A DNA stretch of 64,000 bases from an uncultured Chloroflexia bacterium (lineage in GTDB: Bacteria; Chloroflexota; Limnocylindria; QHBO01), in NCBI GenBank assembly GCA_963814375.1, contig CAWFCQ010000008.1, positions 352,001 through 416,000 on the forward strand. The letters run 5' to 3'. The notes beneath the pieces are model-generated. The model was given only the letters and a program-made list of their open reading frames with translations. It did no database searches and was not told where the DNA came from. This document shows, piece by piece, positions 10,559 through 19,704 of the stretch (its first letter is position 1; each line of letters starts with the position of its first letter). The translations under genes were made by a program, and so were the position numbers.

Positions 10559-11460
10559 ACCTCAAGCCGCAGCCGCCGGTCACGCGGCGTGCCAGCCGCC
10601 CGAAGCGCGCCAGTCCCGCCTCCCGGCCACGCGGCCGCGGCGCGAGGCGCCCGGGCGTCCCACTGCGGAAGCGCGTCGGTGCACGACTGCCGTCGATGCG
10701 GCGGATCCTCGCCGGCGTCGGTGCGGTCGCGGCAGCTGCGGTTCTCGTCGCACTGCTCAACGGGCCATGGCTCCGTGTCACGAGCGTCGCGTCCGCTGGC
10801 GAGCGATATGCCGACCCGGACGACCTCGACTGGATCCTCGGCTCGCAGCGGGGAGTCAGCGTCCTTGCGGTCGACACCGAGGCGCTCCGCGCCCGGCTCG
10901 AACGGATCGCTGCGGTCGAATCGGCGACCGTCAACGTAAGCCTCACCGGGTCGGTCGAGGCCATGGTGGTCGAGCATGAGGCGGCCTTCGTCTGGGAGAC
11001 GCGCTCTGGCCAGTTCCTGGGGGCGCGGGACGGCACGATCTTCGCCGGTGGCCGGGACGACGAGAGCCTCGCCACGGAGGCCGGAAATGTGCCCCACATC
11101 CGCGACGAGCGCTTCGCGGCGCGGCTCATCACGGTCGGCGACACGATCCCGGCCGACCTGCTCCGCATCGGCCTGCGCCTCGGCGAGATCGATCCCGCCG
11201 TGCTCGGCTCGTCGGCGACCGCGCTGTCGGTTCAGCTGGACGACGAGTACGGCTATCGCCTCGTCTCGAGCACACCGGCGTGGGAGGTCGCGTTCGGCGT
11301 CTACGGGCTCGATCCGCGCGAGACGGCGGCCGAGGCGGACGCGCGCCTGGGGCGCCAGATCACCGCCGTTCGGACGCTGTTCGCCTCGCGGCCGGAGGCC
11401 GGGATTGGCTGGGTGGATGTGCGCAACCCCGGGAAGGTATATTTCCGTGCCAAGGGTTGA
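10555..11460 (+). CDS. ftsQ: FtsQ/DivIB-like cell division protein
   Basis: Basic N-tail, TM, POTRA-like segment, C-terminal WVDVRNP; lies between ddl and ftsA. Confidence 0.8.
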   Translation: MNLKPQPPVTRRASRPKRASPASRPRGRGARRPGVPLRKRVGARLPSMRRILAGVGAVAAAAVLVALLNGPWLRVTSVASAGERYADPDDLDWILGSQRGVSVLAVDTEALRARLERIAAVESATVNVSLTGSVEAMVVEHEAAFVWETRSGQFLGARDGTIFAGGRDDESLATEAGNVPHIRDERFAARLITVGDTIPADLLRIGLRLGEIDPAVLGSSATALSVQLDDEYGYRLVSSTPAWEVAFGVYGLDPRETAAEADARLGRQITAVRTLFASRPEAGIGWVDVRNPGKVYFRAKG

Positions 11461-11519
11461 CGTGATCGCCGGAGAGCGGTGGATCACCGGCCGGGACCTT
11501 CGTTTCGAGACCATCCCAC

Positions 11520-11843
11520 ATGTGGCTACCGCTCGTCGGCCTTGCGCTCGGAATCGCGCTCGGGCTGGTGCTCAACTTCGAAGTGAGCCCCGACCTGGCG
11601 CGCTACTCGGCGGTGGCCATCCTGGCCGGCCTGGACTCGGTGCTCGGCGCGATCCGCTCCGAGCTCGATGCCCACTACGACAACCGCATCTTCATTTCCG
11701 GCTTCATCACCAACACGCTCGTCGCGGTCGCGCTGACGTTCGTGGGCGACCGGCTGGGGATCGATCTCTACCTGGTGGCGCTGTTCGCCTTCGGGCTGCG
11801 CATCTTCCAGAACGTGGCGCTCATCCGCCGTCACTTCCTGTAG
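11520..11843 (+). CDS. sbp: Small basic family membrane protein (DUF1290/Sbp)
   Basis: YSAVAILAGLDSVLG, FISGFITNTL, GDRLGIDLY, RIFQNVALIRR. Confidence 0.9.
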   Translation: MWLPLVGLALGIALGLVLNFEVSPDLARYSAVAILAGLDSVLGAIRSELDAHYDNRIFISGFITNTLVAVALTFVGDRLGIDLYLVALFAFGLRIFQNVALIRRHFL

Positions 11844-11897
11844 GCTCGGGCGGCACCGAAGGCGCACCCGTCGCGCGCGCCGAAGGCAGGAGGTAGC

Positions 11898-13133
11898 TTG
11901 GAACGCGAGGCTGTCCTCGTCGGCATCGACGCGGGAACGACGAAGGTCACGACCCTCATCGGCGAGGTCGGACGAACCGGTGACGTGAATGTCATCGGCT
12001 ACGGCATTGCGCCGTCCGCGGGCATGAAGAAGGGGATGGTCGCCAACATCGACCAGACCGTGAACTCGATCGCGTCCAGCGTCGAGAAGGCCGAGCGCCT
12101 CAGTGGCTACAAGATCAGCTCCGCCTTCGTGGGCGTCGGCGGCTCGCACATCTCCTCGCAGAACTCGCGCGGAGTCGTGGCCGTTTCCGGCCACAAGCGC
12201 GAGGTGAGCCGCGAGGACGTCGGGCGCGCGACCGAGGCGGCACGCGCCGTCCAGGTGCCGTCCAACCGCGAGATCCTGCACGTCGTGCCGCGCGGGTACA
12301 TCGTCGACGGCCAGGAGGGCATCAAGGACCCGCTCGGCATGAGCGCGGTGCGCCTCGAGGTCGAGACGCACATCGTGGCCGGCGCCGCGACCTCGGTCCA
12401 GAACCTGTCGAAGTGCGTCACCAGCACTGGCGTCCAGATCGACGAGATGGTCATCAGCTCGCTGGCGGCGGCCGAGGCGACCCTGACCGATACCGAGAAG
12501 GAGCTCGGCGTGGTGGTCGCCGATATCGGCGGCGGCACGACCGACATCGCCGTATTCGTCGATGGCGCCGTCTATCACACCGCCGTGCTGCCGGTGGGAG
12601 GCATCAACGTCACCAACGACGTCGCCATCGGCCTGCGCACCTCGCTCAACCTGGCCGAGGAGGTCAAGATCAAGCACGGCACCGCCAACCTGGCCGAGGT
12701 CGAGCCCGAGGACCTGATCAACATCGCCGTGCTCGGCGAGGCGGCCGGCCAGACGATCCAGCGCCGCCGCCTGTGCGAGATCATCGAGGCCCGGATGGGG
12801 GAGGTCTTCAGCCTCATCCGCGAGGAGGTCAAGCGCTCGGGCCACGCCGGGATGCTTCCGGCGGGGGCCGTCCTCACCGGTGGCGCCGCGCGCCTGGCCG
12901 GGGTGGACGTGCTCGCGCGCGACACGCTCGAGATGCCGGTGCGCACCGGCGCGCCGCAGGGTGTCGGCGGGCTCATGGACCAGATCGGCAATCCCGCCTT
13001 CGCGACGCCCATCGGCCTGCTGCTGTGGGGCGCCCACCACATCGGCGAGGAGCCGATGACCTACGGCGGCGCCAACGGCACGAACCCGCTGTCACGGATC
13101 GGAGACTGGTTCCGGAACCTGTTCCCGGGCTGA
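11898..13133 (+). CDS. ftsA: Cell division protein FtsA
   Basis: GIDAGTTKV, DIGGGTTD, VLTGGAA; SD AGGAGG before TTG. Confidence 0.97.
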   Translation: MEREAVLVGIDAGTTKVTTLIGEVGRTGDVNVIGYGIAPSAGMKKGMVANIDQTVNSIASSVEKAERLSGYKISSAFVGVGGSHISSQNSRGVVAVSGHKREVSREDVGRATEAARAVQVPSNREILHVVPRGYIVDGQEGIKDPLGMSAVRLEVETHIVAGAATSVQNLSKCVTSTGVQIDEMVISSLAAAEATLTDTEKELGVVVADIGGGTTDIAVFVDGAVYHTAVLPVGGINVTNDVAIGLRTSLNLAEEVKIKHGTANLAEVEPEDLINIAVLGEAAGQTIQRRRLCEIIEARMGEVFSLIREEVKRSGHAGMLPAGAVLTGGAARLAGVDVLARDTLEMPVRTGAPQGVGGLMDQIGNPAFATPIGLLLWGAHHIGEEPMTYGGANGTNPLSRIGDWFRNLFPG

Positions 13134-13187
13134 TCGCCGGCCGATCGTGGACATCTTGGCGCGCCAATCCACCGGATCGCCGCCCGA

Positions 13188-13218
13188 TGTGGATAAGTCG
13201 CGAGCGTGATGTGGAAAA
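13188..13218 (-). promoter_or_regulatory. Two consensus DnaA boxes upstream of the ftsZ promoter
   Basis: TGTGGATAA at 13188-13196 (=TTATCCACA) and TGTGGAAAA at 13210-13218 (=TTTTCCACA), both matching TTWTNCACA. Confidence 0.7.
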
Positions 13219-13246
13219 AACGCCGACGGCCGCCGGGGTGCGTCGT

Positions 13247-13280
13247 TAGAATCGGACAAACCCGTCGAGCGTCGGGTTTG
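13247..13280 (+). promoter_or_regulatory. ftsZ -10 element followed by a 5'-UTR inverted repeat
   Basis: TAGAAT 13247-13252; CAAACCCG 13257-13264 pairs with CGGGTTTG 13273-13280. Confidence 0.55.
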
Positions 13281-13318
13281 CCAGGACTCATCCAGACAGC
13301 TCACGAGGGCCACCCGAC

Positions 13319-14569
13319 ATGCCGCTCCGATCCGATTCCGAGAACTTCGCACTGATCAAGGTCATCGGGGTCGGTGGCGGGGGAAGCAACGCCGTCAACC
13401 GGATGATTCGCGCCGAGATGATGGGCGTCGAGTTCATCAGCGTGAACACGGACGCGCAGGCCCTCCTCCAGAGCGATGCGCCGCACAAGATCCGCATCGG
13501 CGACAAGATGACGCGCGGCCTCGGCGCCGGCGCCGATCCGGGCGTCGGCCAGCGGGCGGCCGAGGAGGACTCCGAGAAGATCTACGAGGCCCTCAAGGAC
13601 GCCGACATGATCTTCATCACCGCCGGCATGGGCGGCGGGACGGGCTCTGGAGCGGCCCCGGTCATCGCCGAGATCGCCAAGGACCTCGGCTCGCTGACCG
13701 TCGGCGTGGTCACGAAGCCGTTCAGCTTCGAGGGGATGCGCCGCAAGCTCGTGGCCGAGCAGTACACCGAGCTCCTCAAGGAGAAGGTCGACACCCTCAT
13801 CACCATCCCGAACGATCGGCTGCGCGAGGTCGTCGACAAGAAGACCTCGATCGTCGACGCGTTCCGCGTGGTGGACGACGTCCTGCGCCAGGGCGTCCAG
13901 GGCATCAGCGACCTGATCACCGTGCCCGGCCTCATCAACCTCGACTTCGCCGACGTCAAGACGATCATGCGCGACGCCGGCAGCTCGATGATGGGCATCG
14001 GCATGGGCACCGGCGAGAACCGGGCGGTCGAGGCCGCCAGGGCCGCGGTCATGAGCCCGCTGCTCGAGGTCAACATCACCGGCGCGCGCGGGATCCTCTT
14101 CAATGTCACCGGCGGCAGCGACCTCGGGCTCTTCGAGGTCAACGAGGCGGCCGAGGTGATCAAGGAGGCCGCCGATCCGGAGGCGAACATCATCTTCGGC
14201 ACCGTCATCGACGACCGGATGCGCGACGAGGTGAAGGTCACCGTCATCGCCACCGGCTTCGACGGGACGCGCAAGACGAAGCCGAACAAGTTCGGCGCCG
14301 ATGCCGCGGCCGGCGTCGAGTCCTCGTTGGACGAGCGCAGCCGCGAGATCCTGGCCGAGATCGAGCGCGACCGCGAGCAGCGCCAGAACCTGACCGAGCA
14401 GATGGGCACCGAGTCGCCCTTCGCCCGACCCTCGGAGCGGGAGGCGACGGAGGTCCGCCCATCGGAGCGCAAGCCGCTCCCGGTCTCGAGCGGAAGCCTC
14501 GAGCCGCGCCCGGCCTACAGCGACACCGATCTCGATATCCCGAGCTTCCTGCGCCGCAAGGACGAATAG
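13319..14569 (+). CDS. ftsZ: Cell division protein FtsZ
   Basis: [28 protein letters not shown]-terminal LDIPSFLRR. Confidence 0.99.
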   Translation: MPLRSDSENFALIKVIGVGGGGSNAVNRMIRAEMMGVEFISVNTDAQALLQSDAPHKIRIGDKMTRGLGAGADPGVGQRAAEEDSEKIYEALKDADMIFITAGMGGGTGSGAAPVIAEIAKDLGSLTVGVVTKPFSFEGMRRKLVAEQYTELLKEKVDTLITIPNDRLREVVDKKTSIVDAFRVVDDVLRQGVQGISDLITVPGLINLDFADVKTIMRDAGSSMMGIGMGTGENRAVEAARAAVMSPLLEVNITGARGILFNVTGGSDLGLFEVNEAAEVIKEAADPEANIIFGTVIDDRMRDEVKVTVIATGFDGTRKTKPNKFGADAAAGVESSLDERSREILAEIERDREQRQNLTEQMGTESPFARPSEREATEVRPSERKPLPVSSGSLEPRPAYSDTDLDIPSFLRRKDE

Positions 14570-14968
14570 TCAGGGGCGGGCTGCCGCCTCCCAGCCGTCG
14601 AACTCGCCACCGAGGCGGTCGGCGATGCCCTGGAACAGATCGTCGGCCGCGTTGACGCCGTCCGGATTCAGTACCGCGTCGGGCCGCTCGCACACGACCG
14701 ACCACTGATCGGGGTACTCCGGCAGCGGGTCTCGAACCTCGCAGTCGTACCCGCCGGCCCTACCCTCCTCGCCGCCCGACTCGGCCGCCAACCTGCTCGG
14801 GAAGTAGAGGTAGTAGAGCGCGTGGCGTGGCTGGTGGAGGTCGGCGCCCTGTTGAAGGAGCTGGCCCAGAAGAGCCAGGTCCTTGTACTTGACGCCGAGC
14901 TCGGGTGACCGGGCCTCCGGATCGACCGGCTCGCCGTCGTCCTTCTTCTTCCGGTTGAACAGCCGCAC
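14570..14968 (-). CDS. RraB-like (ribonuclease E inhibitor) domain protein
   Basis: GADLHQPRHALYYLYF...GGEFDGWE pattern; GTG 14968 with SD GGAGGA. Confidence 0.7.
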   Translation of the reverse strand: MRLFNRKKKDDGEPVDPEARSPELGVKYKDLALLGQLLQQGADLHQPRHALYYLYFPSRLAAESGGEEGRAGGYDCEVRDPLPEYPDQWSVVCERPDAVLNPDGVNAADDLFQGIADRLGGEFDGWEAAARP

Positions 14969-15025
14969 GTCACATCCTCCGCTCGAAGGGGCCCGAAGCC
15001 GGCTCAATCAGTGCACGATACGGCG

Positions 15026-15706
15026 GTGACAGACATTGAAGAGCTGCGAGAGCGTCACGCGGGCCTGGTGGCGCGCCTGCGGGGCGTCGCCGAGGCGAAC
15101 GGCCACGATCCGGGGAGACTGAGGATCGTCGGCGTCACCAAGACCCATCCGATCGAGGTGGCGCGGGCAGCCGTCGCTGCGGGCATCTCGCACCTCGGCG
15201 AGAACCGGGTCCAGGAGGCCGAGCCGAAGGTGGCGGCCGTCCCGGAGGCCGAGTGGCACTTCGTGGGGAGGCTCCAGTCCAACAAGGCCCGTCGCGCCGT
15301 CCGCGCCTTTGCCGCCATTCACTCGATCGACTCGCTCGACCTCCTCGATCGCGTCGCCGAAGTCGCACGCGAGGAGGCCGCAGCGCCCCAGCTGCTGCTC
15401 CAGGTCAACCTCACCGGCGACGCCGCCAAGGGAGGCTTCGCCCCGGAGGCCCTCCTCGCGGCGGCACCGGCGCTCGCGGCCCACGACCTCGTCGGCCTCA
15501 TGACGATCGCGCCGATCGGCGATCCGGAGACGGTCGCGCGACCGGTCTTCGGGCGGCTGCGCGAGCTGCGCGACCGGCTCGAGCAGGCGTCGGGCATCGG
15601 CCTGCCGGAGCTTTCGATGGGGATGAGCGCCGACGCCGGGGCGGCCGCTGCGGAAGGGGCCACGCTGGTCCGCATCGGCACCGCGCTCTTCGGCCCGAGA
15701 TCGTAG
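15026..15706 (+). CDS. yggS: PLP homeostasis protein YggS
   Basis: VGVTKT, LGENRVQE, WHFVGRLQSNK, LSMGMS, VRIGTALFG; start GTG 15026 or 15011. Confidence 0.95.
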   Translation: MTDIEELRERHAGLVARLRGVAEANGHDPGRLRIVGVTKTHPIEVARAAVAAGISHLGENRVQEAEPKVAAVPEAEWHFVGRLQSNKARRAVRAFAAIHSIDSLDLLDRVAEVAREEAAAPQLLLQVNLTGDAAKGGFAPEALLAAAPALAAHDLVGLMTIAPIGDPETVARPVFGRLRELRDRLEQASGIGLPELSMGMSADAGAAAAEGATLVRIGTALFGPRS

Positions 15707-15722
15707 ACGCTATTCTGCCGGC

Positions 15723-15974
15723 GTGGGGCTCGTCATCCTCAACTTCGTCCGGATGCTGGCCACGGTGCTGTGGCTGCTGCTCATCGCCCGGGTCGTCCTG
15801 AGCTGGACGAATCCGATGGGCGGAGGCGGGCTGGTCGCCTTCGTCTACCAGGCCACCGAGCCGATTCTGGCGCCGATCCGACGCGTCCTGCCACCCACCG
15901 GCGGCATGGATTGGTCGCCGCTCGTCGCCATGCTCCTGATCGGCGTCGTGCTGCGCGTCGTCGCCGGGCTGTAG
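15723..15974 (+). CDS. yggT: YggT family membrane protein
   Basis: RVVLSW, TEPILAPIRRVLP, MDWSPLV. Confidence 0.93.
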   Translation: MGLVILNFVRMLATVLWLLLIARVVLSWTNPMGGGGLVAFVYQATEPILAPIRRVLPPTGGMDWSPLVAMLLIGVVLRVVAGL

Positions 15975-16038
15975 GCGTGGCGACCTCGTCGCGCGGTGAC
16001 GCGGCGAGTCCCGAAGGCTATACTGCCGGCTCCCCGAT

Positions 16039-16115
<77 letters not shown>

Positions 16116-16150
16116 TTCGACCCGCTCCGCTCTGCTGACCTGAGCGACCG

Positions 16151-17344
16151 ATGCGGATCGTCCTGACCACCGAGTCGTATCTGCCCTACGTTTCCGGTGT
16201 CACCGTGTCCGTGGATGCCCTTGCCCGCGGGCTCGGTGCGCGCGGGCACGAGGTCCTGCTGGTGGCGCCCCGCCCGGCGGGCGGAACGGCGCCCATGCCG
16301 GTCGGCTCACCCGGTCCCGAGCCGAGCTACGCCTGGCTGTCGTCGTACCAGCTGCCGCGCATCGTCCCGGCGGGCTATCGCATGGCGTTGCCGGCGCTTC
16401 TCGGGGGGTCGTGGCGGACGGCCAGGAAGTTCCGCCCTGAGGTCGTCCACGCCCACTCGCCGTTCGTGACGGGAATCCTCGCGCGCCGCCTCGCCCGCGC
16501 AGAGAAGGTGCCGCTCGTCTTCACCCACCACACGCGCTTCACCGACTACGGCCACTACCTCGGCCCGCTCGCCGGGCCGGGCACGGCCGTGACCGATGCA
16601 TTCCTCCGCGCGTTCTGGCTGGGGTGCGCAGCCATCATCGCGCCGTCCCAGGGCCTGGCGGCCGAGATCCGCGGCCGCCTGCCGGAGGCGAGTAATGACC
16701 GGGTCAGCGTCATCCCGACCGGGATCGACGTGGCGGGCATCCAGGCACTGGAGCCCATCGATCCTCGGCCGGACGCCGGCTGGATGGCGACCGCGCGCGT
16801 GGTCGCGACGCTGGGCCGGCTGGCTCCGGAGAAGAGCGTCGACGAGGTGCTCGAGGCCTTCACCACCGTGGCGGACCGGGAGCGCGACGCGCGCCTGCTG
16901 GTCGTGGGCGGCGGCCCTGCCGAGGCGGCACTCCGGACGCGCGCCTCTGCGCCTGACCTCACGGGGCGCGTCCTGTTCACCGGTGCGCTCCCGCGCCTCG
17001 AGGCGCTCGCCCGCCTGGCCGGAGGCCAGGTCTTCGTCTTCGCCTCCCGTACCGAGACCCAGGGCCTGGTGCTGGCCGAGGCCCTGGCCGCCGGCCTGCC
17101 CGCCGTCGCCATCGACGGACCCGGCGTGCGCGACTCGATTCGGGATGGGGTCGACGGGATCGTTGTGCCAATGGAGCCGAGCGAGGATCGAGCGAAACGA
17201 CTGGGCGACGCGGTTGCGCAGATCCTCGGCGACGATGGGGCGCGGGAGCGAATGAGCCGTCGCGCGCGCGAGGAGGCCGATCGTTTCGCCGTGGGCTCCC
17301 GGGTCGCCGAGGTCGAGGCGCTGTACGGGTCGTTGATTCGCTGA
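16151..17344 (+). CDS. Glycosyltransferase family 4 (glycolipid-synthase-like)
   Basis: ESYLPYVSGV, HAHSPF, HT, GRLAPEK, ETQGLVLAEA. Confidence 0.9.
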   Translation: MRIVLTTESYLPYVSGVTVSVDALARGLGARGHEVLLVAPRPAGGTAPMPVGSPGPEPSYAWLSSYQLPRIVPAGYRMALPALLGGSWRTARKFRPEVVHAHSPFVTGILARRLARAEKVPLVFTHHTRFTDYGHYLGPLAGPGTAVTDAFLRAFWLGCAAIIAPSQGLAAEIRGRLPEASNDRVSVIPTGIDVAGIQALEPIDPRPDAGWMATARVVATLGRLAPEKSVDEVLEAFTTVADRERDARLLVVGGGPAEAALRTRASAPDLTGRVLFTGALPRLEALARLAGGQVFVFASRTETQGLVLAEALAAGLPAVAIDGPGVRDSIRDGVDGIVVPMEPSEDRAKRLGDAVAQILGDDGARERMSRRAREEADRFAVGSRVAEVEALYGSLIR

Positions 17345-17406
17345 CGATTCATCGCGCCGCACGCCAGTCGCTTGCGCCCGCATCGGCCCGGCGTACAATG
17401 CCGGCC

Positions 17407-17676
17407 ATGCGAGTGAGTCTGATGGCCCGCCTCGTCTCCCACCCAATGATCGACTTCGGCTCCGGCCGCCGCACGGCGCATCGATCGCGCCTCGGCCTCG
17501 ACCGCGCGCGCACCGTGTATCACCGGCCGCGCCGCAGCGCCGAATCGGTCACGAGTGTGAGCGCCCTGCGGTCGCAGACGAGCCGATTCCGCTTCCCGGC
17601 GGTCGGCCGCGCCACACGCCTGCCCGCTCGCCGTCCCGCGCTCCCGTTCGGGTTGCCGCGCGCCCGCCGCAGCTAG
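17407..17676 (+). CDS. Small, very basic hypothetical protein (89 aa)
   Basis: GC-rich third codon positions; TTGCGC-16nt-TACAAT promoter with ATG 7 nt after the -10. Confidence 0.55.
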   Translation: MRVSLMARLVSHPMIDFGSGRRTAHRSRLGLDRARTVYHRPRRSAESVTSVSALRSQTSRFRFPAVGRATRLPARRPALPFGLPRARRS

Positions 17677-17687
17677 CGGTTTCGGGC

Positions 17688-18158
17688 GTGCCGGTCCTGC
17701 GCACCGCGCGCGCCACCTCGGCCGGCGGCGTCGTCTACCGGATCATCAACGGCCAGCTCCAGGTCGCCCTCGCCCATCGCCGCGCCCCGGTGCTGTGGGC
17801 GCTGCCGAAGGGCACCCCCGACTCCGGCGAGACGATCGAGGAGACGGCGCTGCGCGAGACTCGCGAGGAGACGGGGCTCGTGACCGAGGTGGAGGCCCCA
17901 CTCCGCTCGATCCGCTACTTCTTCGTGCGCGGATCGACCCGCTTCCACAAGACGGTGCACTTCTTCCTCATGCGCGCAGTCGGCGGCAGCACCGATGAGC
18001 ACGACGCGGAGTTCGACGAGGTGCGCTGGTTCGACGTCGACGAGGCCATCGCGCTCCTGACTCATGCGACCGAGCGGTCCGTGGTCGAGGAGGCCGCCCG
18101 CCTGGTTCCGGTCGCGGCCGAGGGACCCTCGGTGGCCCAGGCCGAGGCCGGCGCGTGA
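17688..18158 (+). CDS. NUDIX hydrolase
   Basis: SAGGVV; Nudix box GTPDSGETIEETALRETREETG. Confidence 0.93.
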   Translation: MPVLRTARATSAGGVVYRIINGQLQVALAHRRAPVLWALPKGTPDSGETIEETALRETREETGLVTEVEAPLRSIRYFFVRGSTRFHKTVHFFLMRAVGGSTDEHDAEFDEVRWFDVDEAIALLTHATERSVVEEAARLVPVAAEGPSVAQAEAGA

Positions 18159-19279
18159 CGGCGGAGGCGTCGCCCGGGCAGCTGCGCCACACCCCGCTCG
18201 ATGACCGACATCGCTCGCTCGGGGCACGGATGGTGCCCTTCGCCGGCTACGAGATGCCGGTGCAGTACACCTCTATCCTGGACGAGCACCGCGCCGTTCG
18301 CGCCGGCGTCGGCTGCTTCGATCTCTCGCATATGGGCGAGATCGAGCTCCGCGGCGAGGAAACCGTTGCCTTTTTGCGTTACGCGGTCGTCAGCGATCCC
18401 GGCACGCTCGAGGTCGGCCAGGCGCAGTACTCGATGCTCTGCCAGGCTGATGGCGGCGTCATCGACGACCTCATCGTCTATCGACGCGCCGAGCAGCGCT
18501 TCTGGGTCGTCTGCAACGCGGCCAACCGCGCCGCCGTGGTCGAGCAGCTCGAGGCGCTCATCGGCTCCGGCGACTTCGCCGTCGAGCTCGAGGACCGCTC
18601 CGACCGGACCTCGCTCGTGGCTCCACAGGGACCGAGCTCGGCAGCCGTCGTGGGCGGGCTCACCGATCTCGACCTCGAGGCGATCGGCAACTACCGCGCT
18701 ACGGAAGGCGTCGTCGCCGGCATCCAATGCCTGGTGGCCCGCACCGGCTACACCGGCGAGGACGGATTCGAGCTGTTCTGCGACGCCCGCCGCGCCGGCG
18801 AGCTGTGGGACGCGGTCATGACCGCCGGAGCCGCGCATGGGATCCAGCCGTGCGGCCTCGGCGCCCGGGACACGCTGCGCCTCGAGGCCGGCATGCCGTT
18901 ATACGGGAACGAGCTGGATCGCGAGACGAACCCGTTCGAGGTCGGATTCGGGCGCGTCGTCAAGCTGGAGAAGGGCGAGTTCATCGGCCGCGCCGCGCTC
19001 CTCGCCGTGCAGCAGCAGGGGCCGAGGTGGAAGCTCATCGGCCTCCAGATGGTCGACAACGCCATTCCGCGCGCGGGCTACGAGGTCAAGGCCGGCGGTG
19101 CGGCGGTCGGTCGTGTCACGAGCGGCACGCTGTCGCCCACCCTCGGCACGAAGATCGCGATGGCCAAGGTGCCGGCGACGGCGGCCGGAGTCGGCAACGA
19201 GTTCGAGGTCGTCGTGCGCGAGCGACCGTATCGGGCCGAGCAGGTAAAGTTGCCGTTCTACCGGCGCCAGCGCGACTGA
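18155..19279 (+). CDS. gcvT: Glycine cleavage aminomethyltransferase T
   Basis: FDLSHMG, RTGYTGEDGFE, GARDTLRLEAG. Confidence 0.97.
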   Translation: MTAEASPGQLRHTPLDDRHRSLGARMVPFAGYEMPVQYTSILDEHRAVRAGVGCFDLSHMGEIELRGEETVAFLRYAVVSDPGTLEVGQAQYSMLCQADGGVIDDLIVYRRAEQRFWVVCNAANRAAVVEQLEALIGSGDFAVELEDRSDRTSLVAPQGPSSAAVVGGLTDLDLEAIGNYRATEGVVAGIQCLVARTGYTGEDGFELFCDARRAGELWDAVMTAGAAHGIQPCGLGARDTLRLEAGMPLYGNELDRETNPFEVGFGRVVKLEKGEFIGRAALLAVQQQGPRWKLIGLQMVDNAIPRAGYEVKAGGAAVGRVTSGTLSPTLGTKIAMAKVPATAAGVGNEFEVVVRERPYRAEQVKLPFYRRQRD

Positions 19280-19312
19280 CGCGGCGTCCCGTCCAAGGAG
19301 GAGCGGCCGCGC

Positions 19313-19690
19313 ATGTCCTATCCCGAGGATCTCGCCTACTCCCGTGAGCACGAGTGGGTTCGCGCGAAAGGGTCGCGCGCGACCATCGGCATCACCAGCT
19401 TCGCCGCCGACGAGCTCGGCGACATCGTCTTCGTGGAGCTGCCGGAGGTCGGGGCCTCGCTCAGCCAGTTCGGGACGTTCGGCGTGGTCGAGAGCGTCAA
19501 GGCCGTGAGTGACCTCTTCTCGCCCATCTCGGGCGAGGTGGTCGAGGTCAACCAGGCCCTCGGCGACTCCCCCGAGCTCCTGAACTCGGACCCGTTCGGC
19601 GAGGGGTGGATTGCCCGGGTCGAGATGTCCGACACGGCCGAGCTCGATGCCCTCATGGATGCCGCCGCCTACGCCGCCGAAACCGCCTGA
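19313..19690 (+). CDS. gcvH: Glycine cleavage H protein
   Basis: EHEW, lipoyl site [18 protein letters not shown]. Confidence 0.97.
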   Translation: MSYPEDLAYSREHEWVRAKGSRATIGITSFAADELGDIVFVELPEVGASLSQFGTFGVVESVKAVSDLFSPISGEVVEVNQALGDSPELLNSDPFGEGWIARVEMSDTAELDALMDAAAYAAETA

Positions 19691-19704
19691 AGCCCGCCGC
19701 GCCG

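Noticed and set aside
17345-18155. Glycine riboswitch upstream of gcvT
   Set aside because: No glycine aptamer core found by eye; the region is occupied by ORFs
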